From contig JALUTT010000092.1 in assembly GCA_027021705.1 (NCBI GenBank), forward strand, positions 32,001 to 96,000: a DNA stretch of 64,000 nucleotides, in the 5' to 3' direction. Of this stretch, positions 34,783 to 44,200 are shown piece by piece. The position numbers and the translations under genes were made by a program. Below the pieces are notes generated by a model that was not told the DNA's origin, ran no database searches, and saw only the letters and a program-made list of their open reading frames with translations. Position 1 is the first letter of the stretch. Every line of letters starts with the position of its first letter. The DNA comes from Anaerolineae bacterium (GTDB taxonomy: Bacteria > Chloroflexota > Anaerolineae > S140-20).

Positions 34783-37700
34783 ATGGGCGACAACGGACGG
34801 AGTGCACGGGGTGACGGGTTGCCGGTCGGCGCAGTGATGGTCATCGGCGGCGGGATCGCCGGGATGCAGGCTTCCCTCGACCTGGCCGACGCCGGCTACA
34901 AGGTCTACCTGGTGGAGAAGAAATCGGCCATCGGCGGCCACATGGCCCAACTGGACAAGACCTTCCCCACCAACGACTGCGCCATGTGCACCATCTCCCC
35001 CAAGCTGGTGGAGGTGGGCCGTCACCGCAACATCGAACTCCTCACCAACGCCGAGGTCCTGGACCTGCAGGGTGAGGCCGGGAACTTCACCGTCACGGTG
35101 CGCCGGAACCCCCGCTTCATTGACCCGGAGAAGTGCACCGCCTGCGGTGACTGCGCCAAGGTCTGCCCCGTCACCCTGCCCGACCTCTTCAACGAGGGGC
35201 TCTCCCAGCGCCGGGCCGCCTACAAGCTCTACCCCCAAGCGACCCCCAACGCCTACGCCATCGAGAAGCGGGGAACCGCTCCCTGTCGGGATGCCTGTCC
35301 GGCGGGGCAGCGGGCTCAGGGCTACATCGCCCTCATCCGCGAGGGCCGCTACGAGGAGGCCCTACGGGTCATCAAAGAGGACAACCCCTTCCCCGCCATC
35401 TGCGGGCGCATCTGCAACCATCGCTGCGAGGAGGCTTGCAACCGGGGGCGGGTGGACGAGCCCGTCAACATCCACGTCCTGAAGCGGTTCGTGACCGATT
35501 GGGTCTACAGCCGCCCCCGCGTCCCCCCGGAGCCGGCGGAGCGCAAGTACCCGGAGCGGGTCGCCATCATCGGGGCCGGCCCCTGCGGCCTGACGGCGGC
35601 CCAGGACCTCTGCAAGATGGGCTACGGCGTGACCGTCTTCGAGGCGCTGCCCGTCGCTGGCGGCATGATGCGCGTCGGCGTGCCCGCCTTCCGCCTGCCC
35701 GACTGGATCATCGAGCGAGAGGTCCAGGACATCGTGGACCTGGGCGTGGAGCTGCGGTTGAACACCCGCGTGGAGAACCTGGACGACCTCTTCGCCCAGG
35801 GGTACAACGCCGTCCTCATCGCCGTCGGTGCCCACCGGGGCCGCAAGCTCCCCATCGAAGGGGCCGACCTGGAGGGGGTGCTGGTCAACACCGACTTCCT
35901 GCGGGAGGTGCGGCTGGGCAACCCGCCCGACTTCTCCGGCAAGCGGGTGATGGTCCTGGGCGGCGGGAACGTGGCCGTGGACGTGGCCCGCACCGCCGTT
36001 CGGCTGGGGGCCGCCCAGGTCCACATGGCCTGTCTGGAGGAGCGGGAGACGATGCCCGCCCATCCCTGGGAGATCGAGGCCACGGAAGCTGAGGGCGTCA
36101 TCCTCCATCCGGGCCGCGCCTTCAAGCGCATCCTGGACGACGGTCACGGACGGGTGGCCGGCATCGAATGCCTCAAGGTCACCTTTATGGAGTTCGACGC
36201 CGAGGGGCGGCTGACGCTGGAGACGGAGCCCGGCTCCGAGCACGTGATCCCCTGCGACATCGTCATCTTCTCCATCGGCCAGCAGCCCGACCTCTCCTTC
36301 AACCCTTCGGAGGATGGCGTGGAGGTCACCCGGCGGGGCACCGTCGCCGTCAACCCGGAGACGCTGGCCGCCACCCGTCCGGGCGTCTTCGCCGCCGGCG
36401 ACGCCATCACCGGCACCGCCTTCGTCATTGACGCCATCGCCGCCGGCCACCGGGTCGCCCAATCCATCCACCGCTACCTGCGGGGGGAGCCGCTGGCCGA
36501 GGAGGAGAAGCCCTCCCTCCCCGTCGTGCGGATGAGCGAGGAGGAGGTCCAGGAAAAGCTCCAGGCGGGGGAGGTCCGGCCCCGCCCCCGGGTGCCCGTG
36601 GCCGAGCTGCCCGTCGCCGAGCGGGTCCGCAACTTCAACGAGGTGGAACTGGGCTACACCGAGGAGGAGGCCCGGACCGAGGCCCAGCGCTGCCTCCAGT
36701 GCGGCATCTGCTCCGAGTGCCTGAGCTGCTGGTACGAGTGCAAGGCGGGGGCCATCAACCACGACGAGGTGCCCCGCACCGAGGAGATCCGGGTGGGGGC
36801 CGTCGTCCTGGCCCCCGGCTACCAGGTCTACCACGCCGAGCTCTCCGAGGAGTACGGCTGGGGCCGCTACCCCAACGTGGTCACCGCCCTCCAGTTCGAG
36901 CGGCTGCTGAGCGCCTCCGGCCCCACCCACGGCCACGTCCTGCGCCCCTCCGACGGGAAGCCGGCCCGGAAGATCGCCTTCCTCCAGTGCGTCGGCTCCC
37001 GCGACCAGTCCCACGACTACTGCTCCTCCGTCTGCTGCATGTACGCGGCCAAAGAGGCGATCATGGCCCGGGAGCACGACCCCCGGGCCGAGGTCCACGT
37101 CTTCTTTATGGACACGCGGGCCTTCAGCAAGGGGTACGAGGCCTACTACCGTCGGGCCCAGGAGCAGTACGGCGTCCACTACGTCCGCTGCCGCATCTCC
37201 TCGGTCAAGGAGGACCCGGCGACCAAGAACCTGATCCTGAAGTACGTGAGCAGCGAACCGGCGGAGGGGGAGGAGAACAGGCCGACGGGGCAGGTCCGGG
37301 AGGAAGCCTTCGACCTGGTGGTCCTCTCCGTGGGGATGGAGATCGCGCCGGAGGTGCGGGAGCTGGGCCGGCGGCTGGGCATCGAGCTGGACGACTACGG
37401 TTTCTGCCACACCGTCCAGTTCCAGCCCCTGGAGACCAGCCAGCCGGGCATCTACGCCGTCGGCCCCTTCCGGGAGCCCAAGGACATCCCGGAGACGGTG
37501 ACGGAGGCCAGCGGCGCGGCGGCGCTGGCCGGCGGCCTGCTGGCCCCGGCCCGGGGGAGCCTGATCACGCCGCCCGAGTACCCGCCGGAGCGGGACGTGA
37601 GCGGTGAGGAGCCCCGCATCGGCGTCTTCGTCTGCCACTGCGGCTCCAACATCGGCGGCTTCCTCGACGTCCCCGCCGTCGCCGAGTACGCCCGGAGCCT

Positions 37701-39393
37701 CCCCTACGTCGTCCACGCCGAGGACAACCTCTACACCTGCTCCCAGGACTCCATCCGCCGCATCACCGAGAAGACGAAGGAGCTGGGGCTCAACCGGGTC
37801 GTCGTCGCCTCCTGCACCCCCCTGACCCACGAGCCCCTCTTCCAGGACAGCATCCGCCAGGCCGGGCTCAACCCCTACCTCTTCGAGATGGCCAACATCC
37901 GCAACCAGTGCTCCTGGGTCCACTCCCACGACCGGGAGGCAGCCACGGAGAAGGCGAAGGAGTTGGTGCGGATGGCGGTGGCCCGGGCCGCCCGGCTGGA
38001 GCCGCTGCACCGCATCACCGTGCCGGTGACGAAGCGGGCCCTGGTCATCGGCGGGGGGGTGGCGGGGATGCACGCCGCCCTGGCCCTGGCCGAGCAGGAG
38101 ATCGCCGTGGACCTGGTGGAACGGGAGGCGGAGCTGGGCGGCAACCTGCGCCACGTCCGCTACCTGCTGGAGACCCAGAACGGTCGCCTGCGGTGGCACG
38201 ACGCCCGGACCTACCTGGAGGACCTGATCGCTCAAGTCACCGCCGACCCCCGCATCACCGTCCACCGGGAGACGGAGCTGGTGGAGACCCACGGCTACAA
38301 GGGGAACTTCACCTCGGTCCTGCGCACGCCGGAGAGGGAGATCACCGTTCAGCACGGGGCGACCATCGTGGCGACGGGGGCGCGGGAGTACCGGGGGCCG
38401 GAGTACGGCTACGGTCGCGACCCGCGCATCCTCACCCAGCAGGAGTTCGAGGCCCTCCTGGCAGCGGGGGAGGTCCGGCAGGGCGAAGAGGCGGTGGAGG
38501 CCCAAGAGCTGCCCCAGGACGTTGTGATGATCCAGTGCGTGGGGCCGGCGGAGCGGTACTGTAGCCGCATCTGCTGCACGGTGGCCCTGAAGAACGCGCT
38601 GAAGCTGAAGGCGCTGAACCCCAAGGCCCGGGTCACCGTCCTCTACCGGGACCTGCGCACCTACGGCTTCAAGGAGCGGCTCTACACCGAGGCCCGGCGG
38701 ACCGGCGTCCTCTTCGTCCGCTACGACGCCGACCACAAGCCCCAGGTCCGGCTGCCGGAGGGAGGGGATGGGGAGCAACCCCCGACCGACGAGCCGCTGG
38801 AGGTGCGGGTCTGGGAGCCGATGCTGGGCCGGGAGATGGTGCTGCACCCCGACCTGCTGGTGCTGAGCATGCCGATGGTGCCGGCCGAGGGGGCCGAGGA
38901 GTTGGCCAACCGGCTCAAGGTGGGGGTGGACCTGGACGGCTGGCTGATGGAGGCCCACGTCAAGCTGCGCCCGGTGGACTTCTCCACCGAAGGGCTCTAC
39001 ATGGCCGGCGCAGCCCACTACCCCAAGCTGCTGGACGAGACCATCGCCCAGGCCCAGGCGGCGGCGGCGCGGGCGGCGACCATCCTGAGCCAAGACGCGC
39101 TGCCCGTGGGCGGCATCGTGGCCCAGGTGGACCCCGAGGCCTGCGTGGGCTGCCTCACCTGCGTCCGCCTCTGCCCCTTCGGCGTCCCCCGGGTCCGAGA
39201 CGACCTCACCGGCGTGGGGGCCATCGTGGGGGCGGCCTACATCGAGCCGGCCCAATGCCAGGGGTGTGGCCTCTGCGTCGCCGAGTGCCCTGCCCGCGCC
39301 ATCCAGTTGATGCACTACCGCCACGAGCAGATCGAGATCAAAGTGGCGGCGCTGCTGGAGCCCGCCGTACAAGCGATGAGGAGCATCCAATGA
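34783..39393 (+). CDS. hdrA: large heterodisulfide-reductase A-like flavoprotein (HdrL type: HdrA with an inserted GltD/NfnB-like NAD(P)H module and a second HdrA unit), 1536 aa
   Basis: GGGIAG, LDKTFPTNDCAMC, APCRDACP...CGRICNHRCEEAC, IIGAGPCG, LGGGNVAVD, QCVGSRD..YCSSVCC, IGVFVCHCG, NIRNQCSWVH, second GGGVAG, C-terminal ferredoxin. Start placed at ATG 34783, after the repeat. Confidence 0.92.
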   Translation: MGDNGRSARGDGLPVGAVMVIGGGIAGMQASLDLADAGYKVYLVEKKSAIGGHMAQLDKTFPTNDCAMCTISPKLVEVGRHRNIELLTNAEVLDLQGEAGNFTVTVRRNPRFIDPEKCTACGDCAKVCPVTLPDLFNEGLSQRRAAYKLYPQATPNAYAIEKRGTAPCRDACPAGQRAQGYIALIREGRYEEALRVIKEDNPFPAICGRICNHRCEEACNRGRVDEPVNIHVLKRFVTDWVYSRPRVPPEPAERKYPERVAIIGAGPCGLTAAQDLCKMGYGVTVFEALPVAGGMMRVGVPAFRLPDWIIEREVQDIVDLGVELRLNTRVENLDDLFAQGYNAVLIAVGAHRGRKLPIEGADLEGVLVNTDFLREVRLGNPPDFSGKRVMVLGGGNVAVDVARTAVRLGAAQVHMACLEERETMPAHPWEIEATEAEGVILHPGRAFKRILDDGHGRVAGIECLKVTFMEFDAEGRLTLETEPGSEHVIPCDIVIFSIGQQPDLSFNPSEDGVEVTRRGTVAVNPETLAATRPGVFAAGDAITGTAFVIDAIAAGHRVAQSIHRYLRGEPLAEEEKPSLPVVRMSEEEVQEKLQAGEVRPRPRVPVAELPVAERVRNFNEVELGYTEEEARTEAQRCLQCGICSECLSCWYECKAGAINHDEVPRTEEIRVGAVVLAPGYQVYHAELSEEYGWGRYPNVVTALQFERLLSASGPTHGHVLRPSDGKPARKIAFLQCVGSRDQSHDYCSSVCCMYAAKEAIMAREHDPRAEVHVFFMDTRAFSKGYEAYYRRAQEQYGVHYVRCRISSVKEDPATKNLILKYVSSEPAEGEENRPTGQVREEAFDLVVLSVGMEIAPEVRELGRRLGIELDDYGFCHTVQFQPLETSQPGIYAVGPFREPKDIPETVTEASGAAALAGGLLAPARGSLITPPEYPPERDVSGEEPRIGVFVCHCGSNIGGFLDVPAVAEYARSLPYVVHAEDNLYTCSQDSIRRITEKTKELGLNRVVVASCTPLTHEPLFQDSIRQAGLNPYLFEMANIRNQCSWVHSHDREAATEKAKELVRMAVARAARLEPLHRITVPVTKRALVIGGGVAGMHAALALAEQEIAVDLVEREAELGGNLRHVRYLLETQNGRLRWHDARTYLEDLIAQVTADPRITVHRETELVETHGYKGNFTSVLRTPEREITVQHGATIVATGAREYRGPEYGYGRDPRILTQQEFEALLAAGEVRQGEEAVEAQELPQDVVMIQCVGPAERYCSRICCTVALKNALKLKALNPKARVTVLYRDLRTYGFKERLYTEARRTGVLFVRYDADHKPQVRLPEGGDGEQPPTDEPLEVRVWEPMLGREMVLHPDLLVLSMPMVPAEGAEELANRLKVGVDLDGWLMEAHVKLRPVDFSTEGLYMAGAAHYPKLLDETIAQAQAAAARAATILSQDALPVGGIVAQVDPEACVGCLTCVRLCPFGVPRVRDDLTGVGAIVGAAYIEPAQCQGCGLCVAECPARAIQLMHYRHEQIEIKVAALLEPAVQAMRSIQ

Positions 39394-39803
39394 CCGAGTT
39401 CACGCCGGAGATCGTCGCCTTCTGCTGTCGCCATTGTGCCTACGCTGCGGCCGACTTGGCCGGCTCGCTGCGCATCCAGTACCCGCCCAACGTCAAGGTC
39501 GTGGAAGTGCCCTGCACGGGCCGGCTGGACATCGTCGAGGTGCTCCACGCCTTCGAGCGGGGTGTGGACGGCGTGATGGCGGCCGGGTGACTGCCGGGCG
39601 ACTGCCATTACCTGGAAGGTAATCTCAACGCCCGAAGGCGGGTCGAAACGATCAAGAAGCTGCTGGAGCAGATCGGCCTGGAGAAGGAACGGATCGAGAT
39701 GTTCAACCTCTCCTCGGCCATGGGGGTCCAGTTCGCCGAGTACGCCACCGAGATGACCCGGCGCATCCGGGAACTGGGGCCGTCCCCTCTCCGTTCTCAT
39801 TAG
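39390..39803 (+). CDS. mvhD: MvhD/FlpD [2Fe-2S] protein, selenoprotein (in-frame TGA at 39588-39590 read as Sec67)
   Basis: IVAFCCRHCAYAAAD, VPCTGR, then DGVMAAG-TGA-LPGDCHYLEGN continuing in frame to TAG at 39801-39803. The TGA occupies the conserved Cys position. Confidence 0.9.
39607..39623 (+). promoter_or_regulatory. putative bacterial SECIS apical hairpin
   Basis: ATTACCT-GGA-AGGTAAT: a perfect 7-bp stem with a G-containing loop, starting 16 nt after the UGA. Confidence 0.7.
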
Positions 39804-39851
39804 CGAATTGCAGATTGCGAATTGCAGATTGCAAATTGCAGATTGCAAGTT
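39803..39851. repeat. heptamer tandem repeat (GCAGATT family)
   Basis: gcgaatt gcagatt gcgaatt gcagatt gcaaatt gcagatt gcaagtt, directly after the mvhD stop. Confidence 0.9.
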
Positions 39852-39874
39852 GCCATCCGCCCAGGGAGGTCGTG

Positions 39875-40579
39875 ATGATCGTCGCCGAACAGAAACCACT
39901 GGAGGAGATCAAGGAACTCATCGCCGACGCCGAACGGGTGCTCATCGTCGGCTGCGGTACCTGCGTCACCGTCTGCTTCGCCGGCGGGGCCAAGGAGGCC
40001 GCCATCCTGGGCTCTACGCTCCGTATGGCTACCCGGCTGGACGGCCACGGCAAGGCGATTGACGAGGTGACGGTGCAGCGCCAGTGTGAGTGGGAGTACA
40101 TTGACCCCCTGGAGGCCCGCCTGGACGACTATGACCTCATCCTCTCCCTGGGCTGCGGCATCGGCGTCCAGACGCTGGCCGAGCGCTTCCCCGACAAGCC
40201 GGTGGTGCCCGGCCTGAACACCGTCTTTATGGGGCTGCCGGTAGAGCAGGGGGTGTGGGAGGAGCGCTGTCAGGCCTGCGGCGACTGCATCCTGGGCCTG
40301 ACGGCCGGCATCTGCCCCATCGCCCGCTGCTCCAAGCAGTTGCTCAACGGCCCCTGTGGCGGCTCCCAGGATGGCCGCTGCGAGGTGGACGAGAGCATCC
40401 CCTGCGCCTGGCAGCTCATCTACGAGCGGGCTAAGGCCCTGGGCCGGCTGGACAAGCTGCTGGAGATCCAGCCGCCCAAGGACTGGTCCAAGAGCCGTGA
40501 CGGGGGACCGCGCCGCGTCGTGCGCGAGGACCTGCGGTTGACCCATCGGGTGGCAGAGGTGGCAGGAGGCGAGCGATGA
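39875..40579 (+). CDS. metV: methylene-THF reductase small subunit
   Basis: IVGCGTCVTVC, RQCE, GCGIGVQ, CQACGDC, CPIARCSKQLLNGPCGG, CAWQLIYER; SD GGAGG. Confidence 0.93.
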   Translation: MIVAEQKPLEEIKELIADAERVLIVGCGTCVTVCFAGGAKEAAILGSTLRMATRLDGHGKAIDEVTVQRQCEWEYIDPLEARLDDYDLILSLGCGIGVQTLAERFPDKPVVPGLNTVFMGLPVEQGVWEERCQACGDCILGLTAGICPIARCSKQLLNGPCGGSQDGRCEVDESIPCAWQLIYERAKALGRLDKLLEIQPPKDWSKSRDGGPRRVVREDLRLTHRVAEVAGGER

Positions 40580-41580
40580 TGGAGGACCGGAGCAACGGTT
40601 ACAAGTCCGGGAGCAACCTGGAACGGCTCATCCGGGCCGGCCACTTCGTCGTCACGGCGGAGTTGGGGCCGCCCAAAGGGTGGCAGCGGGAGGTGATCGA
40701 GCGCAAGGCCAAGCTGCTGCGCGGTGTGGTGGACGCCGTCAACATCACCGACAACCAGACGGCCATCGTGCGGATGTCCAGCATCGCCGCCGGCTGCATC
40801 CTGGTGGAGCTGGGGCTGGAGCCGATCATCCAGATGACCTGCCGGGATCGGAACCGGCTGGGCATCCAGAGCGACCTGCTGGGCGCAGCCGCCCTGGGCA
40901 TCCGCAACGTCCTCTGCCTCACCGGGGATCACCAGAGCTTCGGCAACCACCCCACGGCCAAGAACGTGCACGACCTCGACAGCATCCAGCTCGTCCAGAT
41001 GGTCGCGCGGATGCGGGATGAGGGCATCTTCCAGTGCGGGGAGGCCATCAAGGGGGGCGGTCCGCCCTTCTTCATCGGTGCGGCGGCCAACCCCTTTGGC
41101 GATCCCTTCGAGTTCCGCCCCTACCGTCTGGCGAAGAAGGTCGCCGCTGGCGCCGACTTCATCCAGACCCAGTTGGTCTTCGACATCCCCCGCTTCAAGG
41201 AGTACATGAAGCGGGTGGTGGATATGGGCCTTCACGAGAAGGTCGCCATCCTGGCGGGGGTTGGCCCGCTCAAGAGCACAGGGATGGCCCGCTACATGCG
41301 GGACCGGGTGCCGGGGATGCGGGTGGCCGACGAGTACGTGGAGCGGATGAAGGCGGCGGTGGCCGGCATCCCCAAGGAGGACAAGGCGGCCCGGCGTGAG
41401 GCCTGGCGGGCCGAGGGGATCAAGATCTGCGTGGAGCAGATCCAGCAGTTGCGCGAGATCGAAGGCGTCGCGGGGATTCACATCATGGCCATCGAGTGGG
41501 AAGAGGCCGTGCCGGTGATCGTCAAGGAAGCCGGCCTCTACCCGAGGCCAACCGTCGGTGAGGCGGTCCTTAAAACATAG
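40576..41580 (+). CDS. metF: methylene-THF reductase large subunit
   Basis: VTAELGPPKG, AVNITDNQ, QMTCRDRNR, LCLTGDH, KKVAAGADFIQTQ, GIHIMA. Confidence 0.95.
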   Translation: MMEDRSNGYKSGSNLERLIRAGHFVVTAELGPPKGWQREVIERKAKLLRGVVDAVNITDNQTAIVRMSSIAAGCILVELGLEPIIQMTCRDRNRLGIQSDLLGAAALGIRNVLCLTGDHQSFGNHPTAKNVHDLDSIQLVQMVARMRDEGIFQCGEAIKGGGPPFFIGAAANPFGDPFEFRPYRLAKKVAAGADFIQTQLVFDIPRFKEYMKRVVDMGLHEKVAILAGVGPLKSTGMARYMRDRVPGMRVADEYVERMKAAVAGIPKEDKAARREAWRAEGIKICVEQIQQLREIEGVAGIHIMAIEWEEAVPVIVKEAGLYPRPTVGEAVLKT

Positions 41581-41618
41581 AGCTGTAGGACCAATACAGA
41601 GAGAACGAGGGCCTTTCT

Positions 41619-42053
41619 TCAGGCATCGGTTTCTGAGAAGGTGATGACACCCTGGGCGTTCATCGTAGCCCCTGTGTCTTTCAGCACTCGCTCAATGCGG
41701 TTCTCGGCGATCTCTGCTTCGATCTCCTCCTGGTGATCGAGATAGTAGCTGATGGCATCGTAAATCGCTGCCAGCTCGAGATGGGGATAGGCGGCCTCGA
41801 TCTCCTCGGGGCTATCACCGGCCTTCCACATCGCTGCGATAAGCCATACCGGGATGCTGGTGCCACGTAAGACAGGCCGTCCGCCTCGCACACCCTCACG
41901 CCGCACAATGTACGGGTGGTCTGTAGGATGAACTTGGGCGCGAATCAACTCTTCGGCCATTTCGTCAGGTGTGCGTCGGCTCGCACGAGCCCGCTGCACC
42001 AACAGTTCATACGTCTGCCGAGACACCTTGAGAGTCGCAACGGGTGTAACCAT
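41619..42053 (-). CDS. DUF433 (VapB45-like antitoxin) protein with RHH-like N-terminus
   Basis: HPYIVRREGVRGGRPVLRGTSIPV...EEIEAAYPHL..AAIYDAISYY; SD GGAGGT before the ATG at 42053; extended -10 TGcTATACT at 42098-42106. Confidence 0.85.
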   Translation of the reverse strand: MVTPVATLKVSRQTYELLVQRARASRRTPDEMAEELIRAQVHPTDHPYIVRREGVRGGRPVLRGTSIPVWLIAAMWKAGDSPEEIEAAYPHLELAAIYDAISYYLDHQEEIEAEIAENRIERVLKDTGATMNAQGVITFSETDA

Positions 42054-42138
42054 CCCTGCCACCTCCGGGTTGACAACTGGCATCGCACGTTATCTTGAGT
42101 ATAGCATAGAACCGCCGGTCCAACAACCTTGTAGCCTT

Positions 42139-42171
42139 GGTGATTACCCAACTCACCTATGGGTCATCACC
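42139..42171. repeat. minimal GGTGATTACCCA-family hairpin
   Basis: GGTGATTACCCA-N9-TGGGTCATCACC. Confidence 0.75.
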
Positions 42172-42196
42172 GGTGTAGCCCCCAGTGAGGCTGAGC

Positions 42197-43603
42197 ATGG
42201 CCACAGCAACCTCTCCAACGACCGAAGTGCAAAGCCTGGCCGCGACCATCGAGCAGGCTACCGGCCAGAACGTCTACCTCTGCTACCAGTGCGTCAAGTG
42301 CAGCAGTGGCTGCCCCCTGGCCGAGCACATGGACCTGATGCCCAACCAGGTGATGCGGGCCGTCCAGTTGGGCGATGCCGGCGTCCTGGAGTCGAAGACC
42401 ATCTGGCTCTGCGCTTCCTGCCAGACCTGCACCACCCGTTGTCCCCAAGGGCTGGACATCGCCGGGATCATGGACGCGCTGCGCATCGAGGCCCGCCGGC
42501 GCGGCATCCCCCCCGCCATCCCCGAAGTGGAGACCTTCAGCCGCCTCTTCCTCCAGGACATCCGGCTGATGGGCCGGGTCTACGAGGCCGGCCTGATGGC
42601 TGCCCTCAACCTGGCCACCAAGCAGCCGCTCAAGGATATGGCCATGGGGCTGGAGATGCTCAAGCGGGGCAAGCTCAAGCTGCTCCCCGCCTTCGTCCGC
42701 CCGCCCCGGCGGGTGAAACCCATCACCCCCGCCGACAACCAGATCGCCTACTTCCCCGGCTGCTCCCTGCACTCCACCGCCGCCGAGTACGACCAGACTA
42801 CCCGGGCCGTGGCCAAGGCCCTGGGGCTGAAGCTGGTCGAGCCGCCCGGCTGGACCTGCTGCGGCTCCACGCCGGCCCACGGCACCGATCCCATCCTGGC
42901 CACCCGCCTGCCCATCCAGAACCTGGCCATCGTCGAGCGGATGGGGCTGCCCGCGGTCACCGCGCCCTGCAGCGCCTGCTACTCCCGCTTCAGGACGGCC
43001 CTCTACGTGGTGGAACGGGAGCCGGAGATCGCCCAGGAGGTGAACCGACAGATCGGCTACACCTACCAGGACCGGGTGCGGGTGGAGCACCTCCTGGACA
43101 CGCTGGTGGATCGGGTGGGGCTGGAGGCCATTGAGAAGCGGGTGGAAAAGCCGCTCTGGGGGCTCAAGGTGGCCTGTTACTACGGCTGCCTGATCGTCCG
43201 CCCCCCTCAGGTGATGGGGAGGGCGCACCCGGAGTACCCGATGAAGATGGACCACCTGGTCCAAGCCCTGGGTGCGGAGCCGGTGGACTGGTCCTACAAG
43301 ACCGATTGCTGCGGTGGGGCATTGGGGATCACCCAGACCGCCCTGGCCCACGAGCTGACGGCCCGCATCCTGCAGAATGCCCGCGACTGTGGAGCCGACC
43401 TCATCGTTGCCATCTGTCCCCTCTGCCACGTCAACCTGGACGCCCGCCAGGCCCAGATCGGCCTGGACTTCTCGATGCCGGTCCTCTACTTCACCCAGTT
43501 GATGGCCCTGGCCTTCGGGTTGGGGGAGAAGCGGGCGGCGCTGGACAAGAATCTGGTGGACCCCCGGCCTGTCCTGGTCTACAAGGGGATCCTGGCGGCG
43601 TAG
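42197..43603 (+). CDS. hdrB: fused heterodisulfide reductase HdrC-HdrB
   Basis: HdrC motifs CYQCVKCSSGCP and CASCQTCTTRCP, followed by two CCG domains (YFPGC..WTCCG..PCSAC and YYGC..DCCG..ICPLC). Confidence 0.9.
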   Translation: MATATSPTTEVQSLAATIEQATGQNVYLCYQCVKCSSGCPLAEHMDLMPNQVMRAVQLGDAGVLESKTIWLCASCQTCTTRCPQGLDIAGIMDALRIEARRRGIPPAIPEVETFSRLFLQDIRLMGRVYEAGLMAALNLATKQPLKDMAMGLEMLKRGKLKLLPAFVRPPRRVKPITPADNQIAYFPGCSLHSTAAEYDQTTRAVAKALGLKLVEPPGWTCCGSTPAHGTDPILATRLPIQNLAIVERMGLPAVTAPCSACYSRFRTALYVVEREPEIAQEVNRQIGYTYQDRVRVEHLLDTLVDRVGLEAIEKRVEKPLWGLKVACYYGCLIVRPPQVMGRAHPEYPMKMDHLVQALGAEPVDWSYKTDCCGGALGITQTALAHELTARILQNARDCGADLIVAICPLCHVNLDARQAQIGLDFSMPVLYFTQLMALAFGLGEKRAALDKNLVDPRPVLVYKGILAA

Positions 43604-43669
43604 TGCCGGACGCGGAGCCGGATCCCCAGCAGGGCTCTCGACGGTTTCGGGGCTCTCCCCGACGGGAAT

Positions 43670-44197
43670 TCAACCGCTGAGGGGGGCTGCCTCCCGTTGA
43701 GCCAGCCACTGGGCCAGGGCTGCCCGGTGGCTGCTGAAGGCGATCCGCTCCGGCAGGCGGTCGGGCGGGAACCAGGCCACCGCCTGGGCATCGTCCCCCG
43801 CCCTCAGCGTCCCCTCCACGATGGCGGCCCGGTAGATGATGAGCACCCCGTTGTCGTTGTGGCCGCCGCCGAAGGCGTGACGCCAGTTGTAGACGCCGAA
43901 GAGGCCCTGGAGGACGACCCGCAGGCCCGTCTCCTCCTCCGTCTCCCGCAGCGCGGCTTCCTCGGGGGATTCATCCCACTCGACGAAGCCGGCCGGCAGC
44001 GTCCACTCGCCCACCCGGGGCGGGTAGCGGCGCTGCACCATCAGCACCTGGCCCTCCTGCTCGATGAGACAGCCGGCTGCGATGACCGGGTTCTCGTAGT
44101 TGATGAACCCGCAAGCCGGGCAGGTCTGGCGCGGCCGCCCGTCCAGTTCCCGCACCACCAGCGGGGTCGCGCAGAGCGGGCAAAAGCGCATCTTCAT
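43670..44197 (-). CDS. NUDIX hydrolase with N-terminal zinc ribbon
   Basis: FCPLC...CPACG..YENP; Nudix box GFVEWDESPEEAALRETEEETGL. Confidence 0.9.
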   Translation of the reverse strand: MKMRFCPLCATPLVVRELDGRPRQTCPACGFINYENPVIAAGCLIEQEGQVLMVQRRYPPRVGEWTLPAGFVEWDESPEEAALRETEEETGLRVVLQGLFGVYNWRHAFGGGHNDNGVLIIYRAAIVEGTLRAGDDAQAVAWFPPDRLPERIAFSSHRAALAQWLAQREAAPLSG

Positions 44198-44200
44198 CGG

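Noticed and set aside
35362..39390. 1342 aa minus-strand ORF, and similar long antisense ORFs (28132-30894, 14552-16060, 47646-49103)
   Set aside because: These are shadow ORFs opposite well-supported genes, expected from high-GC codon bias, and they carry no recognisable motifs.
39588..39590. mvhD nonsense pseudogene
   Set aside because: The TGA sits at a conserved Cys, the downstream frame is intact and a SECIS-like hairpin follows, so Sec recoding fits better.
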